From contig CM030332.1 in NCBI GenBank assembly GCA_017654855.1, forward strand, positions 5,766,001 to 5,830,000: a stretch of 64,000 nucleotides of DNA. The letters run 5' to 3'. The notes below the pieces were generated by a model. The model was not told where the DNA came from. It saw only the letters and a program-made list of their open reading frames with translations, and ran no database searches. A program made the translations under genes and the position numbers. The number at the start of each line of letters is the position of its first letter. Within the stretch, counting starts at the first letter, position 1. Below, one piece after another: positions 25,249 to 37,797 of this stretch. This stretch comes from Podospora anserina (lineage: Eukaryota).

Positions 25249-28200
25249 ATGCCGAGAAAGAAGAGCCCTCAAGAGTTCTTTCGCCGGGGAAAAGACAGGG
25301 GCTCAGAAAATTGCACGGAGGGAATAGACGGCTCCGCAGTTCACAAAAAGATCACGGACAAAGTCATGAAAGGTTACCAGCGCATGGTTGATCTGTGGAG
25401 CCAGTGAGGTCCTCAAACTCCTACTAACTGTCCGCTTCTAATATCCGTTTCAGATATGCCAAAGACCACCCCGGTGCGAGCCCTTACGACCTCAAGACTC
25501 TGAAGGACTTTGTGAAAGATATTGCATTTGGTATTGATGGTGCGGAAGACAACTCAGACCCAGCGGAAGGGACTGTCATGGTGTATTGGAAACAGTTTAT
25601 GGCGGGCTGGCGTCGTGAAAATGATGCTATTCCCAAAAATATCACACTCTCGGTTACGAATGTATGTATATGCACCATTTCTTTAATCGACTGGCCTAAG
25701 CTAAATGGTTTGATGGCAGTTCATTAAGTACGAGTTACCCGACATACTCAGGACAGAGGGCAAGGAGATCTTGAAAAATAAGCGGCCAAGAAGATTCGGT
25801 ACCAAAAACCACTTTCTTCACTTGGGGAGGCAATTATGGGGGAACGATTGGGTGGTGTGCGACAAGCCAGCGACGAGGGTGTACGACTGGGCGGATTTGC
25901 TTGCAATTGTGTGTTCCTCTGCACGCGTCGGTGAATACATCGAGTCTACTTGCCGGGCGGGATCTGGCCGTGGTTTATATTACAGGGTAAGCATTACCGA
26001 GTATCCGCATTGTCGTGTAATCGTACAAGCTGACGAAGAAATACCTCAGAATGTGACTTTTGGAGTCTTTCTCAACGAACATGGCAACGCGGAGTTTGCC
26101 GTTCAGCTAGTTCGAGATGCAAAGGGTATGACGGATAACCCTGCTAAAAGGTGAGAGACTGGCTGCCCGGCTTCGCTGACGGAAACGATCCCTCTAATCA
26201 AGTTCTGTAGGCCCGAGCACTCACTCTATGAAGGACTAGGAGAGATGCCACTTATCTGTAACCCCATGCTCCCGATATTGGCCATTCTCATTGGCACAAA
26301 GGCTTTCAAGGATTACGAAACCATAGAAGATCTACTCAACATACAACCATCAGAAGGAGAGATGATCCACTTACAGTGGAAGGAAAGCGTCCTTGACTTG
26401 CCCTTTTTCAAGAGCATGTCTGCAAGAGGTACGCCGGGAAAGATAGAAACGGCGACTGCATTCAGCAAGCGCCTTAGGCTCCTGGGTTTCCGCGCTGGGT
26501 ATTCACGTCCTCCCACAATTCACGACTTCAGAGCTGAGGGGCTATACTGGATTGGTACGTATATGGAGGTCCTCTTCCCAGTCCGACATACTAACCCTTT
26601 CACACAGATAAGTTATACAGCGTTGCCCAGAGAATGAAGCATGCCGGCCAGAAAGACCCCAACACGTACAACAACCATTATCAGCCCAATAATAGCGGTA
26701 CAGATGGCCAGGGCAGCTATTTCGGCCTTGATGTGCGCAACATCGCCAACGATCTCTTCCGCGGCTTAACACTTGCGCGCAACCCACAGCTGTGGCAGAC
26801 TCTCCCAGCAGAAAAGCAAGAAGAATTCCAAAATAGCCCTGAGTTTTCCAAAATAGAGAACAAGCTTGCAACTCTGCAGGGACAGCGAGACACGGACTCA
26901 GTCACACGCCGTAGGAACCTTTACGCCGAAAGACGAAGGCTGACTGAGAAAGAAGTCCGAAAGTACCAGAAAGCTCAGACGCTCCGTCCCAGCGGAGACA
27001 GGTTCCTGCAATGCTACCACCGATGTATATTCGACCGCGTCCGATTTCTTATGCCCGAACGCGACCGCCTCGCATCTACTCTTTTCGAGATTCATGCATT
27101 ACGGAGTCCAACTGGCCTCAGCGCCCTACGGGATATGGTTGCACTGTGTGAGAAAGATGCCGAAGTAGAGTTCCGACCTGGTTTAGAGCCGGAGAAATGC
27201 CACTGCTCTAGTAGGCCACACCAACGGAAACTAGTCAAATCAACCGATAGCAACATCAAAACACAATCTTTCTACGACTGGAAACACATATACCGTTGCT
27301 ATAAGAACAGTCACACCGACTTTGCGGAGCTTTGTTTCTTGTGCAACAATTGGTTTTTCGGGGAGGCACAATGGAGCAGTCATTGCCAAGCACATCTAAA
27401 CTGTCCGGAGACTCTGCCCATCCAATGCGATCCTCTCATATACGGCAACGTCCTCGCCGCTGCAGGATACTGTTTGTTCTGTATGGCGGATGTTTCATTA
27501 CCGCCTGAGGAGCGACTGCGTCAGTTTCTGGACAAATATCTGTGGAAGGATCATGTTCACGACCACTACGAGAAATACGTCCAGATGACTGCTGATGAGG
27601 AGAAATCGATCGAATGCCCACATATTGGAGGACGATGCGGTTCAGCATTTGAATCCGTTAAGCATTTCAGATATCATCTTCTAGATGTTCATTGCCCCGG
27701 CTTTACCAAAGAATCGAGCGTGTTGGAGATGGCTACGAAGGAAGATAACGAGGACCGCACCAGAGCCAAGATACCGAAAAGAAGCAAGGGAAGCAAACCT
27801 AGCACGGAAGATGGTATCAAAACAGGATTTCATTTTATCGACGAAACGGCCGAAATCGTATGCGGAAACCGTCCAACTGTCATACCCAAAGTGCCCTCCA
27901 ACCGTTCCGTGTTACCTCTTAATAGTCCTCGGGGCTGGGTCTGGACCGATGAAGCCGCTATGAGCGTTGAGACACTGTCATTGCCGATAAACAGCGGTAC
28001 GATTGAAGCCGATTTAGGGTTGCTCTTTGAAGAGACAAGCTGCCCTGATGCGTTCGGGCCCCGGTTGACGCTTGACACAATGGACCGCGGTATGCTCTCA
28101 AACGTTGAAAGCGACGTGAGCTCTCTCACTTCAATTCAAACCGCAGCCTGTTCACCTCCCCCTGTACAAGCGGGCCGACCATGGCTCTCTAGTAACGAGG

Positions 28201-28682
28201 AGTCGTGCGATCTCACCGCCCCAGATTTAGAGACTCCAGATCTGTCGCCGATATATTCAGCTTCGCAGCAGCGCCCACCAATAATTGAAGATCACAACTG
28301 CATATCAAAAGCAGGTCCGGAACCGGTTGCGGCTGTAGAGTCATCTAGTGATTTGGACGACGAGCCTGCTCATGCTCCAGACGGTAAGCACTATACCGTT
28401 GACCGCTTACTGGATAGGTGGAAAGGCTGGTTTTACGTGAAATGGTTTGATGGAAGCTGCAGTTGGGAGCCTCGCAAGAATATCCTAGACCCCGGGCTTA
28501 TCGAGGATCTTGAGAGGAATCATAGAGGGCTTCATTTGGGGGTGGAGGTCATACGGCCCCGTTCGACTAAAGGTCGCAAAACAGAATATCGGGTACATTT
28601 TAAAGGTCGCCCTAAGGAAGAGGATACTTGGGTGGCAGAAAAGTACATGAGCCCCAAGCTGATAGTGAAGAGATTAGTTTAG
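25249..28682 (+). CDS. tyrR: Starship captain: DUF3435 tyrosine recombinase with zinc-finger-like region and C-terminal tandem chromodomain-like units (1049 aa, 6 exons)
   Basis: Introns 25404-25453, 25662-25719, 25987-26049, 26151-26210 and 26555-26607 splice to one open 3150-nt CDS. YR catalytic-type motifs SSARVGE, TIHDFR and MKHAGQKD..TY..HY. Also CFLC...W..HC..H, GYCLFC and CPH...C......F.YHL.DVH. Confidence 0.92.
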
Positions 28683-28991
28683 TTAGATGCGGTTCTGGGA
28701 TTTATAGTTGCACTGGATACTTTCCTATATAACCAACAGTTGCTCACACTGCTTTTGAAGGATATTATCTTCTGTAAATATCCAGCACTCACTTCCGAAC
28801 CTCTGAAACTGACACCTGCGACGACTGCTGCAGTTCTGAGGCTTGTCGCCCTCATCTGTCATCAGGTCAGTGTTTAGTATGGATCCTATTCACTGGGCAG
28901 GTACCCCACCTTCATAAGAGAAATTATCCCAGTGCACACCCTTGCTGGGGGATAGGGTCGCATGTGGCGTTGCTGCAATAGCTAGGAGAGA

Positions 28992-29140
28992 TTTCTGCCA
29001 GGCAGAAAAGATATGTACCGATCATCGCAGCAAAGATACGTGCTTTTTCTGCCAGGCAGAAAAGATACGTACCGATCATCACAGCAGACATACGTGTTCT
29101 TTCTGCCTGGCAGAAAATCTCCGTACCGACCATCGCAGTA
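28992..29140. repeat. Three 54-bp tandem units, each headed by the palindrome TTTCTGCC(A/T)GGCAGAAA
   Basis: Units start at 28992, 29046 and 29100 and share the tail GTACCGAYCATCRCAG. Confidence 0.9.
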
Positions 29141-29903
29141 GCACTCTTTTTGGGGCCATCACAATGGTTTCAAGAGCTAGCCCCCTTGATTTCCTACTGG
29201 GCCTTGAAAGCGTTCGTTATAGCGCAATATAAAATTTATGACGCTTTAACTTTAGAGAGAATAAAGAAAGATAACTGTTTGCCCTTGAGTTTGTCAAATA
29301 TGTGAGGTGGACTTCGGGTGCTAGAAACAAAAGTCGTTTGCTCGTCTAAGCTAGGATGAGGGTCACTCGCGGAAAAACTCAAAACCTTAGCTCCACCTTC
29401 CACGCAGTGGTGTGGCACACGCCTCAAACCAGCATCAGTCTAGTTACAAACAATATCGGAATCCCGACATCAACAGTTTCCATTTCCGTTCTTGGACCTG
29501 AGCACTTGCCGCTTTAACCTGAGCGGAAGTGGAGAAGCCCTGAGCATGGCGAGAAAGGCCCAGCAGGGTGAGCAATGAGTAAATTTACGTGACACAAGGT
29601 TATTCCAGAGCTGTTTCTGGAGCGTAGAACGTTTGGTCAAGCAGGTAGGAATTGTGACAGGCAACCGCTGCCTTCGCCAGAGCCAGAAGCAGCGTGGTAT
29701 GTCCAAGCCAGAATCAGTTTCTGAATTCGTCCAAATCAGGCAAATCATCTCCCTCCAAACATTGTTCATCCCGGTTCACCGAAACTTTGGATAGTTTCTA
29801 ACTTGATCAGGCATGTAAGATTGCATTTTTACGCTAGTTCATACTCACCTCACGGAGCCGCCAGCCATCGAATGCTACCTTTTGAGTGGGTCTGTTTGAT
29901 TCC

Positions 29904-29992
29904 AAGAGCCATTTTTGGAGCAGAGCATTTTTGGAGTAGAGCCTTTGGAGCAGAGCCATTTTTGGAGCAGAGCCATTTTTGGAGCATAGCCA
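29904..29992. repeat. ~17-bp minisatellite (AGAGCCATTTTTGGAGC, about 5 units)
   Basis: Directly visible tandem units with small indels. Confidence 0.85.
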
Positions 29993-30073
29993 GTTGGCTT
30001 GACAATATAAAAAGGAACTTCTGCCCTCTGCAGAGCCAAAAACAGCTTCCACATAATTACAACGCAAACCATT

Positions 30074-30212
30074 AAGCCTAAGGCAGCGCTAGGATCATGA
30101 CATGATATCTCAGCCTCTGCTAAAGCCAGAAACGGCTTTTTTCATTTTATCTGTGTAGGCAGCGGTGGTCTGCCTTTGCTAGAACCAGAAACAGCTTCTA
30201 TATTTTGGCCTA
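30074..30212 (+). repeat. ~135-bp dispersed repeat, copy 1 (copy 2 at 56022-56152)
   Basis: AGCCTAAGGCAGCGCTAGGATCAT.ACATGA...AAAGC.AGAAACGGCTTTTT...TGTGTAGG...TCTGCCTTTGC...CCAGAAACA.CTTCTAT...TTGGCCTA. Confidence 0.85.
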
Positions 30213-30759
30213 ATGTCACAACCCTGATGTGGGATCAGAACGGACTTGGTTAGGAAAGCAACCAATGAGGAACGGATCATTGGGTCTTGGCAATGATCCT
30301 GAGGTCGCCAATGATCCATCTCCTGGATCGTTGGATCATCTTCCCAGTCTCTTCCTGTCGTTTGGAGATGGAACAGTAAGAAAGATCACTCGCACGGCCA
30401 CTCGCTCTGCAGCTGACATTTATATCAGCCCAGTTACAGTAAGAAAAGATGGGAGCATATATTTCGATGCTACAAGAAGTATTGCAAGGCAGAATCTAGC
30501 TTCGCTCGATTCTTACAATACTTAGCAAACCAGCGAGACAGAGTAGGAGGCCCATTGTCAAGGTCATATCGACAATAAGAGGCATATCCACGACTGCATT
30601 CTGAATTACATCCAAGCCCAGCATGACTCAAGGCTGGTACTCTTAGTACTCTCCAGTAGAAATTACTAGAAAAGTGACCTGGAAAGGACTGATAAAGAGA
30701 AAAGGATTGGTAAGGTGGAAAGACGAGAAGGATTCACGATTGCCCCGCTTTTCACTCTT

Positions 30760-31330
30760 CCGAGCCCTTGCAACCGGGCCAACGCGCAGAGAGCCGAGTA
30801 TCTACTCCTTCGATCACAGGAGTGAATTGAGCATGATGATCTTTCCAGTGCCTGGGGCTTCCTACAACAATGGACTCCCTGTTATGCAGCGCAGCCCTCG
30901 GCTCTCGGGAGCATCCTGAGCTCCGTATTAACCTTCTGAAGGGAAAGATTCTGAGATTTTGGGGCAAATTTGACGATTCGCGCCAGTACCTGGAGCCTCT
31001 TGTGGCTCGCAATTTTTATCATGGATTCACCACATCGCTGTATACTCTGAACTTGATTTCTGGGGGAAGGTATATGTAAACTTGGAGTCGACAGTGGTAA
31101 ATACCGAACAGCAGTAGCGGATGCTTCAGCTATCAAAGGCTGAATATCATCTAGCACGTGAACTCTCGATCGACTCTTATGACGACGATTTCAACACCGC
31201 GAGGGACCTTTTTATTGGGCTTTCACAAAAGTATATGGCACTGGAACCATGCAGTCAAGCCAGGAAGCGCAACTATTTCGTATTTGCGAAGGACTTGCCG
31301 TGGCTTACTATATGCAACTACGTCAACTAA
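30760..31330 (+). pseudogene. TPR/helical-repeat protein remnant
   Basis: Frameshifted fragments LRINLLKGKILRFWGKFDDSRQYL and DFNTARDLFIGLSQKY resemble TPR-like helices. Multiple stops. Confidence 0.4.
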
Positions 31331-31526
31331 ACGGTCTCTAAATCTGACCTTAACAAGCCCTGGAAAACTAACAGCCGTATATGATGTCTTCACTGCTTAG
31401 TGGCGCCAATCCGCTGCGCCCATCTCCATCATCATCTAGGCAACCTCCTCGTGCCTCCCCAGTCGAGTGACCTAAAGACCGTTTCCATAGGTGCCGTCTT
31501 GTACAAGGGGGTACTCGTCGTTGGCA

Positions 31527-31955
31527 TTAATTTAAGGGCTCTGCCATGCCGCCGGCGTTGAAGACCTTGCTGGGAGCCCTCGTCGTACACGAGCTTGGGG
31601 GGTCGGGCGTGAACAAGGAGCCTCCGGTTGGTTTATAGCGGAAGGGAGAGCCCAATACCTTCGAGCTCCTATCATGGTGGACGCGGAGAGGAGGAAGCTT
31701 ATGATTGTCTGAGCTTTTTTGAGGAAATAAATATTGTATAGGAGGCCCTGAGCTGATAGGGAAGAGGGCCGAGCTGTCCTCGAGACCCAAGGAGCGAGGA
31801 GAGGTTATAAACGGTTGGTATTGGAAAGGAGAGCCCAAGGCCGTACAATCTTGGTTGTTGCGGTGTGGTTTCTGAGGTGTATGATCGATGGAAATGCAGT
31901 CCTGCAGTCTCAAACTTGCATTCATAACACTTCCGAGATTTTCTCGCTGACTCAT
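31527..31955 (-). CDS. Hypothetical 142-aa protein with an internal LGSPF(Q/R)Y repeat
   Basis: ATG at 31955 within ORF 31527-32054, with a TATA-like TATAA upstream on the minus strand. The motif occurs twice. Confidence 0.4.
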   Translation of the reverse strand: MSQRENLGSVMNASLRLQDCISIDHTPQKPHRNNQDCTALGSPFQYQPFITSPRSLGLEDSSALFPISSGPPIQYLFPQKSSDNHKLPPLRVHHDRSSKVLGSPFRYKPTGGSLFTPDPPSSCTTRAPSKVFNAGGMAEPLN

Positions 31956-32439
31956 TGTATCGTAGTTGCTTTTGAGCGCTCTGTAAGTGTGAATGGACTT
32001 TGGTGGGTGTAATCTTGGTATCTTGAGCGGTTTACCTGCGGTGTGCAGATGCATTATATATTATGGAGCTGCAGGTTAAGGAGCTATATGTGGGTAATCA
32101 ATACTATAAGCCCCAAGCAATAGGTCTAAATACAAAATGGGCTAAGGAATAACATATTGCCTTTGCATCTCTGTCAAGGGTCACTTGTGCTCGGCTAGCG
32201 CAACTTGGATCCAGCCATCTGTTTCGCCGCGTGAACAGATTGAGTGGGAGAGGACAGGTCCAGGTACCCCGTCCGAGACAAGTTGGTGACGACTCACAGG
32301 TGTTTCCTATTCTAAATTAAGAACTAGGCGTCTACAGCTTTACCTATTTCCCAATATTAGGCAGCTCGAACCTCAAGGTACCTTCGGCCACAATGCGTGG
32401 CATAATGAGTCCTTTAAGCATATCTCGAGCTTGCGAATC

Positions 32440-32652
32440 AAACCATTCCTTGTCCAAGACGCCCAAGGTAGGAGAAATGCACTTCATGAGTCGGCACAAC
32501 ATGCTGTCCCTCAGCCACGTGTACTTGACAACAGGTCATGGATTCAAATATACGCCTGCGTTGAGTTATACCGACCCAGTCTCAAGGTTACAGCCCAGGC
32601 ATTAGACTCGCACTGTGCTTGGTGGAATGCTTGGCTGGATACGGAGGCTTGA
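32440..32652 (+). pseudogene. Gene fragment paralogous to the fragment at 63796-64000 (-)
   Basis: FMSRHNMLS..HVYLTTG/SWIQIYACVELYRPSLKV..QALDSH versus FMTRHKLLS...QVYLTTGSWVQIYRYIELYRPSLCV..HALNSH. 1-nt frameshift at about 32535. Confidence 0.7.
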
Positions 32653-33435
32653 TGTGTTGGATGGTGTGGTTCTCTGCATAAACTTAAGACACTAGGTGTT
32701 GAATAGATGACGAGTAATTAAGGAGATAATTAAGAGCAATGATCGTACAGCGTTTAAGAATTCTTTTCTCAATTCCGTGATTGCATCTACCAGAAGTCAC
32801 CACTTGCCTGTTACTGCCAAGCACATCAAGCTTCGAAGTACATGATCCCTAGACACCTTAAGCGCCTCCCGCTCAACAGGATCGATTCCGCTAAAACAAC
32901 CCATGCTATCGTCCCAAGAAATAACCAAGCTTGTACCAAAGCGTCTAAATTGCGGAGGAGCGACGTGAAAGCACACGCCAATGGCACTTACCGGCCAAAA
33001 GCCAGAAACGGGAGACTGTTACACAACTTCTAACACATAGCGGTCCCCAAGAGTGAGCTGAACGCTGAGCTGGAACAATTGTCATTATGTTGACCGCTCG
33101 GCGTTGGGTATCCAGCAGGGAACTCAACTATCGGCTGTCTGCAGGGCTATAAGTGGCATTGGCTGGATACTGGTAGCCTTGTCTGGTAGGTGTAAGCCGC
33201 TGGTAGCCTCGCGGGAATGGCTGGTAGGTCTGGCGCGGTCGGAACCGGCTGGCGGGACTCACTGGAATCTGCTGGTGCCTCTGAAACCGGCCCAGAGCAA
33301 GGGAACTGCTCTGGTAGCGATGAGGTAATGAGAGGTCGTACTACAGGACGATTCGGGTGCTGGGCACCAAGTTGTCAGACAAGCTGTGGGTGTTGTTGGT
33401 TGATTCCATGAAAGTATCTGTGGGGCTATGGTACA

Positions 33436-33601
33436 TGTAAGATATCTGAGTGTCTGTCTGTTCCGTCACGTGCCAAGCCAACCCTAACCCTGCCAATACC
33501 TAACATGGAGGAACTGGCTGGCGTAGATAGACAGTTCCGCAGTATGCAATAAAAGTCACAATCGTTGGTATCTTAGCCATTGTGTATAGGGGTTCGTCAC
33601 A
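33436..33601 (+). mobile_element. Short LTR-derived remnant related to the solo LTR at 45777-46220
   Basis: Shares GGAGGAACTGGCTGG.GTAGATAGACAGTTCCGCAGTATGCAAT and the terminal TAGGGGTTCGTCACA. No TSD seen, and the left end is uncertain. Confidence 0.65.
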
Positions 33602-34299
33602 TCGCCCGGTCCAGCCCTGAATGGTCCCTTACGTCTCCCCTATCTTCCAAACCGTGACACCGTGCCAATTCTATACTGCTGTTCCGCCACAAAGAAAGTG
33701 GATAGGCACCCCACACTTTTGCATGTGACACCCTGTGGCGTGCTGCCATCTGCAGCTAGCCTTCTCGGCGGTCTGGAAGAGCATGACGTCACCCCTGCCT
33801 GGACCACCTGACCGTCCCTCGGTTTTCTGCTACCACCAAATGTTTCCCCGACAACAAGGCAAAAGGCGCAGGCATCCTCGCCACCACGAATAACGAACAG
33901 CCTTTCCATCACCACTTTTTCCTCGACTTTCTTGATAAACACCGACAACGCTTACCTATCGGTCAGACCTGCGCAGACGATTTCCTGTACGTTAGCCGAA
34001 TCGAGCAGCGGGCGCCAGGCAGGCCGGCTCTGTCAACCTCAGCACGCCCTCTACGCAAGTAACCAAATGCTAATCGAGCGACCATACAGTGAACAGCAGC
34101 ACCAAGCAAGCCCGTCCCGCCAATCCCAGCAGACTCTTACGCAGGCAGCTCGGTTTGGCGATTACCTGTCCAGGTGAGCCAGTCCCGCTAGCCTCAACAA
34201 GCTCTTGCGCAGGCGACCAGACGCTGATTGAGCGATCGTATAGTTTGCTACGCAAAGTCCAGCCGGAATGCCACGCATACCCATCCTCTTTCACCCAAC

Positions 34300-37200
34300 A
34301 TGGATGATCGATCGGGAGGCGAAGGTACAAAGCGACCGGCGCCGAGCCTCTGCCTGATTGATACCGACACGACTATCACGAAGCGCAGGCGGATGACGCT
34401 CGAATACCTACACCAGCGCCCTTTAACGGGCGGAAAATGCGTTAATCTGCGAGACGTCCAAGTGCTACTGCGGCAGGACGGCAGCCGGCAGACGCTGTAC
34501 ACCGACATCGTGGCCCATTGGGCTACGGATTACGCCACGGCGACCACGGACGGCCGGCTCCAGCCAGAGCACATCGATTGCGATAAGATGTTCCGCGATC
34601 TCAAGCTCTATGCCGGTATCCAGGAACACAGTGACGCCGAGGTCAAGAGTCAAGTCCTGGCAGCGTATGTGGAGTCGGCAGCCGGTAGCAGTGACCACGA
34701 AGACTACGTCCGCGATGACGAGAGCCAGGACAGCAGTATCGCCTCAGGTCGGTACGACATCCGAACGGCCGGGGACCTGCGGGTCTTGTTTCTCCACCTC
34801 AGCAAGTGCGCAGCTGCCCGATAGGACGGGAGCCCAGACTTACCCTTGCTGGAACTCGTCGTACGGAATGTTGAAGCAGCGACCACCGAGACAGGCCCCG
34901 CAGCTAACGTCGCCGAGGTCGACAAGGTCGCAGCACCCACCGCAGACAGAGATAAAGAAGAGCCGCCTAGTCCACAGTACGAGCCCGACCAACCACCCAC
35001 GCCTCAAGATATAACCCCCATCTACGCCACAGCTATCAACGAGGACGGTAACGACGTCGCAGAAGATGTCGACAATATATACGGCAATATCAGCGAGAGT
35101 GTCAGCGAGGCGGCCAAGACGGGCTGTGAGTTTAGCGACAATACTCGGACGATAACTCGGTGGTGTTTATATCCGAGCGGTCCCTTGCGTTGACGGATAA
35201 TGACCAAGCATCGCCGGGATTATACGACAGTGAGGCGGACAGTGAATACGGAACCGCCGCCTCCGTAGCGAATTCTCTGCAGAGTCTCAGCGCGGCTCTC
35301 TGCACTATAGATGACACAGAGCGCTGGGAAGCCACGTGCAGGCTCTTCTGCCACAACCAGGCACACACCGCACACGACCAGGGCGCCAAGCTGCTAGGGA
35401 CGAAACGCCGCCTCCGCCCTTACCAGATGGAGGCGGCCTACGAGCTACTACAGCGGAGCTTTGGCGGGCAGTTCGACGGCGGCATCATGGCGCTCGGCAC
35501 CGGGCTGGGAAAGACTGTCGCCAGCCTGGCCGCAATCGCCATCATGAGGCTAGTGGAGCTTAACAATTCCGAGGTCAAACAGGACTGGGACATCGGAGTC
35601 ACCGCCAACCGTCGGCACAACGGCCCGGGGATGATGGGACCTTGCCCATCAGGCAACCCGTGGAGCATTGAGTGCTGCTGCGTAGCCGGCTCGCTCAGTT
35701 CCAAAATCGCCCTCCAGCTGGGACCCGGCCCGTCGCTCATCCTCACCCCGGCCGGCATCACCAGCCAGTTCGCCGGGGAGGCTACCAACTACCTAGAGAA
35801 GCAGGTCCAGCGGCCGGAATCGGACACTTGCATCCCATTTGTGGACACGATTGACGTGAGCGCTAACTCTACCCTCGCACGCGACATCCGAGATGACATC
35901 CTGACGGGCTTTATCGGGGACCAACCAATCTACATGGCACCAAAGAAGGGGGGACCTGCAGGCAGTGCCTGCATTTGTGCAGGGCTCGGGGTCCCAGATG
36001 GGATACACGGCGGGCCAGGTGCAACAGCTCTTCTGCAAGCACCGGCTCCTGGTCGTCAGCAGCAGCCCTCTCTCGCGCTCTTGGCAAAGGGGGAGGACTA
36101 CCGCTCAGGCTTTGCCCAGGCCTACGACTTGCAGCAGCAGCAGAGAAGGGCGGCTAAGCGGTACATTGCTCGGTGGGCAGTGGCGCCGAGGTTTGTTATC
36201 CTGGACGAGTTTCACACCGTCAAGGACAAGGCGACCGTCGTGTACAAAACACTGCAGCAGATCCGGAGCCAGGCCGCTCCCGGCCATAGCTTCAAGCTCG
36301 CGGCGTTAAGCGCGACGCCGATCTCCGTGTCGCTGCAGCGGAGCCTGAGCTCGGTACTGTCGCTCATCTTGCCCGGCGGCGTGGACGCGTTCTGCGGGGC
36401 CGCACAGATTATCGACTCTGCAACAAAGGCCGGCAAGCCCAAGGACGTGGACAAGTACAATGACGCCATCACCACATGCTGCAAGCTGCTCGGGAGCATC
36501 ATGACGCTCCGTACAACGAGGAGCCTCTTCCATGGCAACGTGCTGGTACCGCTCCCCAAGCTCCATTCCAGACAGATCCCCTGCAGATCTGAGAGGGCGC
36601 AGAGGGACGACTTCCGGCGTAGGTTGGGCGAGCTGACGGCGGCATGGAGCCAGGAGATCCGCGCCAGTCTCCGGAACCAAGCGCCCGAGAGCGACGACGC
36701 GCTGCAGGACCGCTTCTTCAACTTCGTCCGTTACAACCCGTCATTCATGCTAACACTCTGGCTTGCATCATTCCCAGGCATTGTTGACCTGCCCGACGAG
36801 CTTTCGTCCAACCCGGGCGAATGGCTGAATAGCGACAAGCTCGGCAATACCGTCGCTACAAGTGAGGGACGCGCCGACCATACCGTCGGCCGGTATATCG
36901 ACATCATCACGGGCGGGAGCGGGAAGATAGAGCAGCTCAGTCAGTGCCTGGGTCGGGCCCGCAAGGACCTCCACCGCAGTTGCGCAGGGGACGACGGCCA
37001 ACCGGCCCCGGTGCTCAAGAAGCACGCCTGCGTCTTCGCCTCGCGGCCGGGCATCGCACTCATCGTCGCTGCATACGCAGACAAGCACTGGGCCTCGGAG
37101 TGGGAGGTCGTCATGGTTCTCTCGGCCACCCCGGAGGGGAAGAAGGCGATCGGCGGAGCCTTCCATGACATCCCGATCGGCAGCGTAGAGAAGCCCACGC

Positions 37201-37490
37201 TCTTTATCGCCACCGTCGGTACGTGCGGTACCGGTCTCGACAGCCTCCAGAAGGCGAACCACGCTGTCCTCTTTGACCTGCCCTTTGTCGAGTCCGAGAG
37301 AAAACAGGCCAGAGGTCGCATCTGGAGGTCTGGACAGCGGTTTCCCTGCTACTGGACCGAACTCTGGGCGGCCGATAGCGACGCTGAGGTCCTGATTAAC
37401 GACCGCCACGAGAGACGTATGGAGGTATTCAACCGGGTCCTGAGTTGCCACAGCGGCGACGGCAGTCGGGCAGGAGGGAGTGAGCAGTGA
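34300..37490 (+). CDS. Divergent SNF2-family (SF2) ATPase/helicase; probably disrupted
   Basis: Motifs GGIMALGTGLGKT (I), SLILTP (Ia), VILDEFH (II), LSATPI (III), SGKI, GTGLD.LQKAN and QARGRIWRSGQ (V/VI). In-frame TAG at 34822 in the N-terminal extension. Possible intron 35126-35208. Apparent compensated frameshift at about 35965-36150. Confidence 0.8.
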
Positions 37491-37797
37491 CGGGTCCGAG
37501 AGGGTGCGTTGGAGGAACGTTTAGGGCCTGTAAGAACTGTCATGAGAGGGATGGCGAAAACTGTCCGGTCGTTCATATAAAGTGGTAGGTTGAGATTGAC
37601 GAGGAGAGTTTATCGGTATTCGATATAAGGAGAACTTTGTTGTAAAGATACTGTTTGAGAATACTTTTGTCGGATTTTTATTAGTTCTCTCTATACTCGG
37701 CTTACGGTAGCCTAACACTGCTCTTGAATAATTCTATATCGTCTGCCGATACCCATCCCCACCCCCTTCCACATCCTCGTCTTCGTTAGACCGATCC

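Noticed and set aside
26634-28682. 682-aa ORF as a separate chromodomain gene
   Set aside because: It is the last exon of the spliced DUF3435 captain.
28992-29140. CRISPR-like array (palindromic repeats at regular spacing)
   Set aside because: The spacers are near-copies of each other, there are only three units, the context is eukaryotic and there are no cas genes. Treated as a tandem repeat.
29230-29780. Possible minus-strand pseudogene downstream of the captain
   Set aside because: Looks coding-derived with many stops, but it cannot be assigned.
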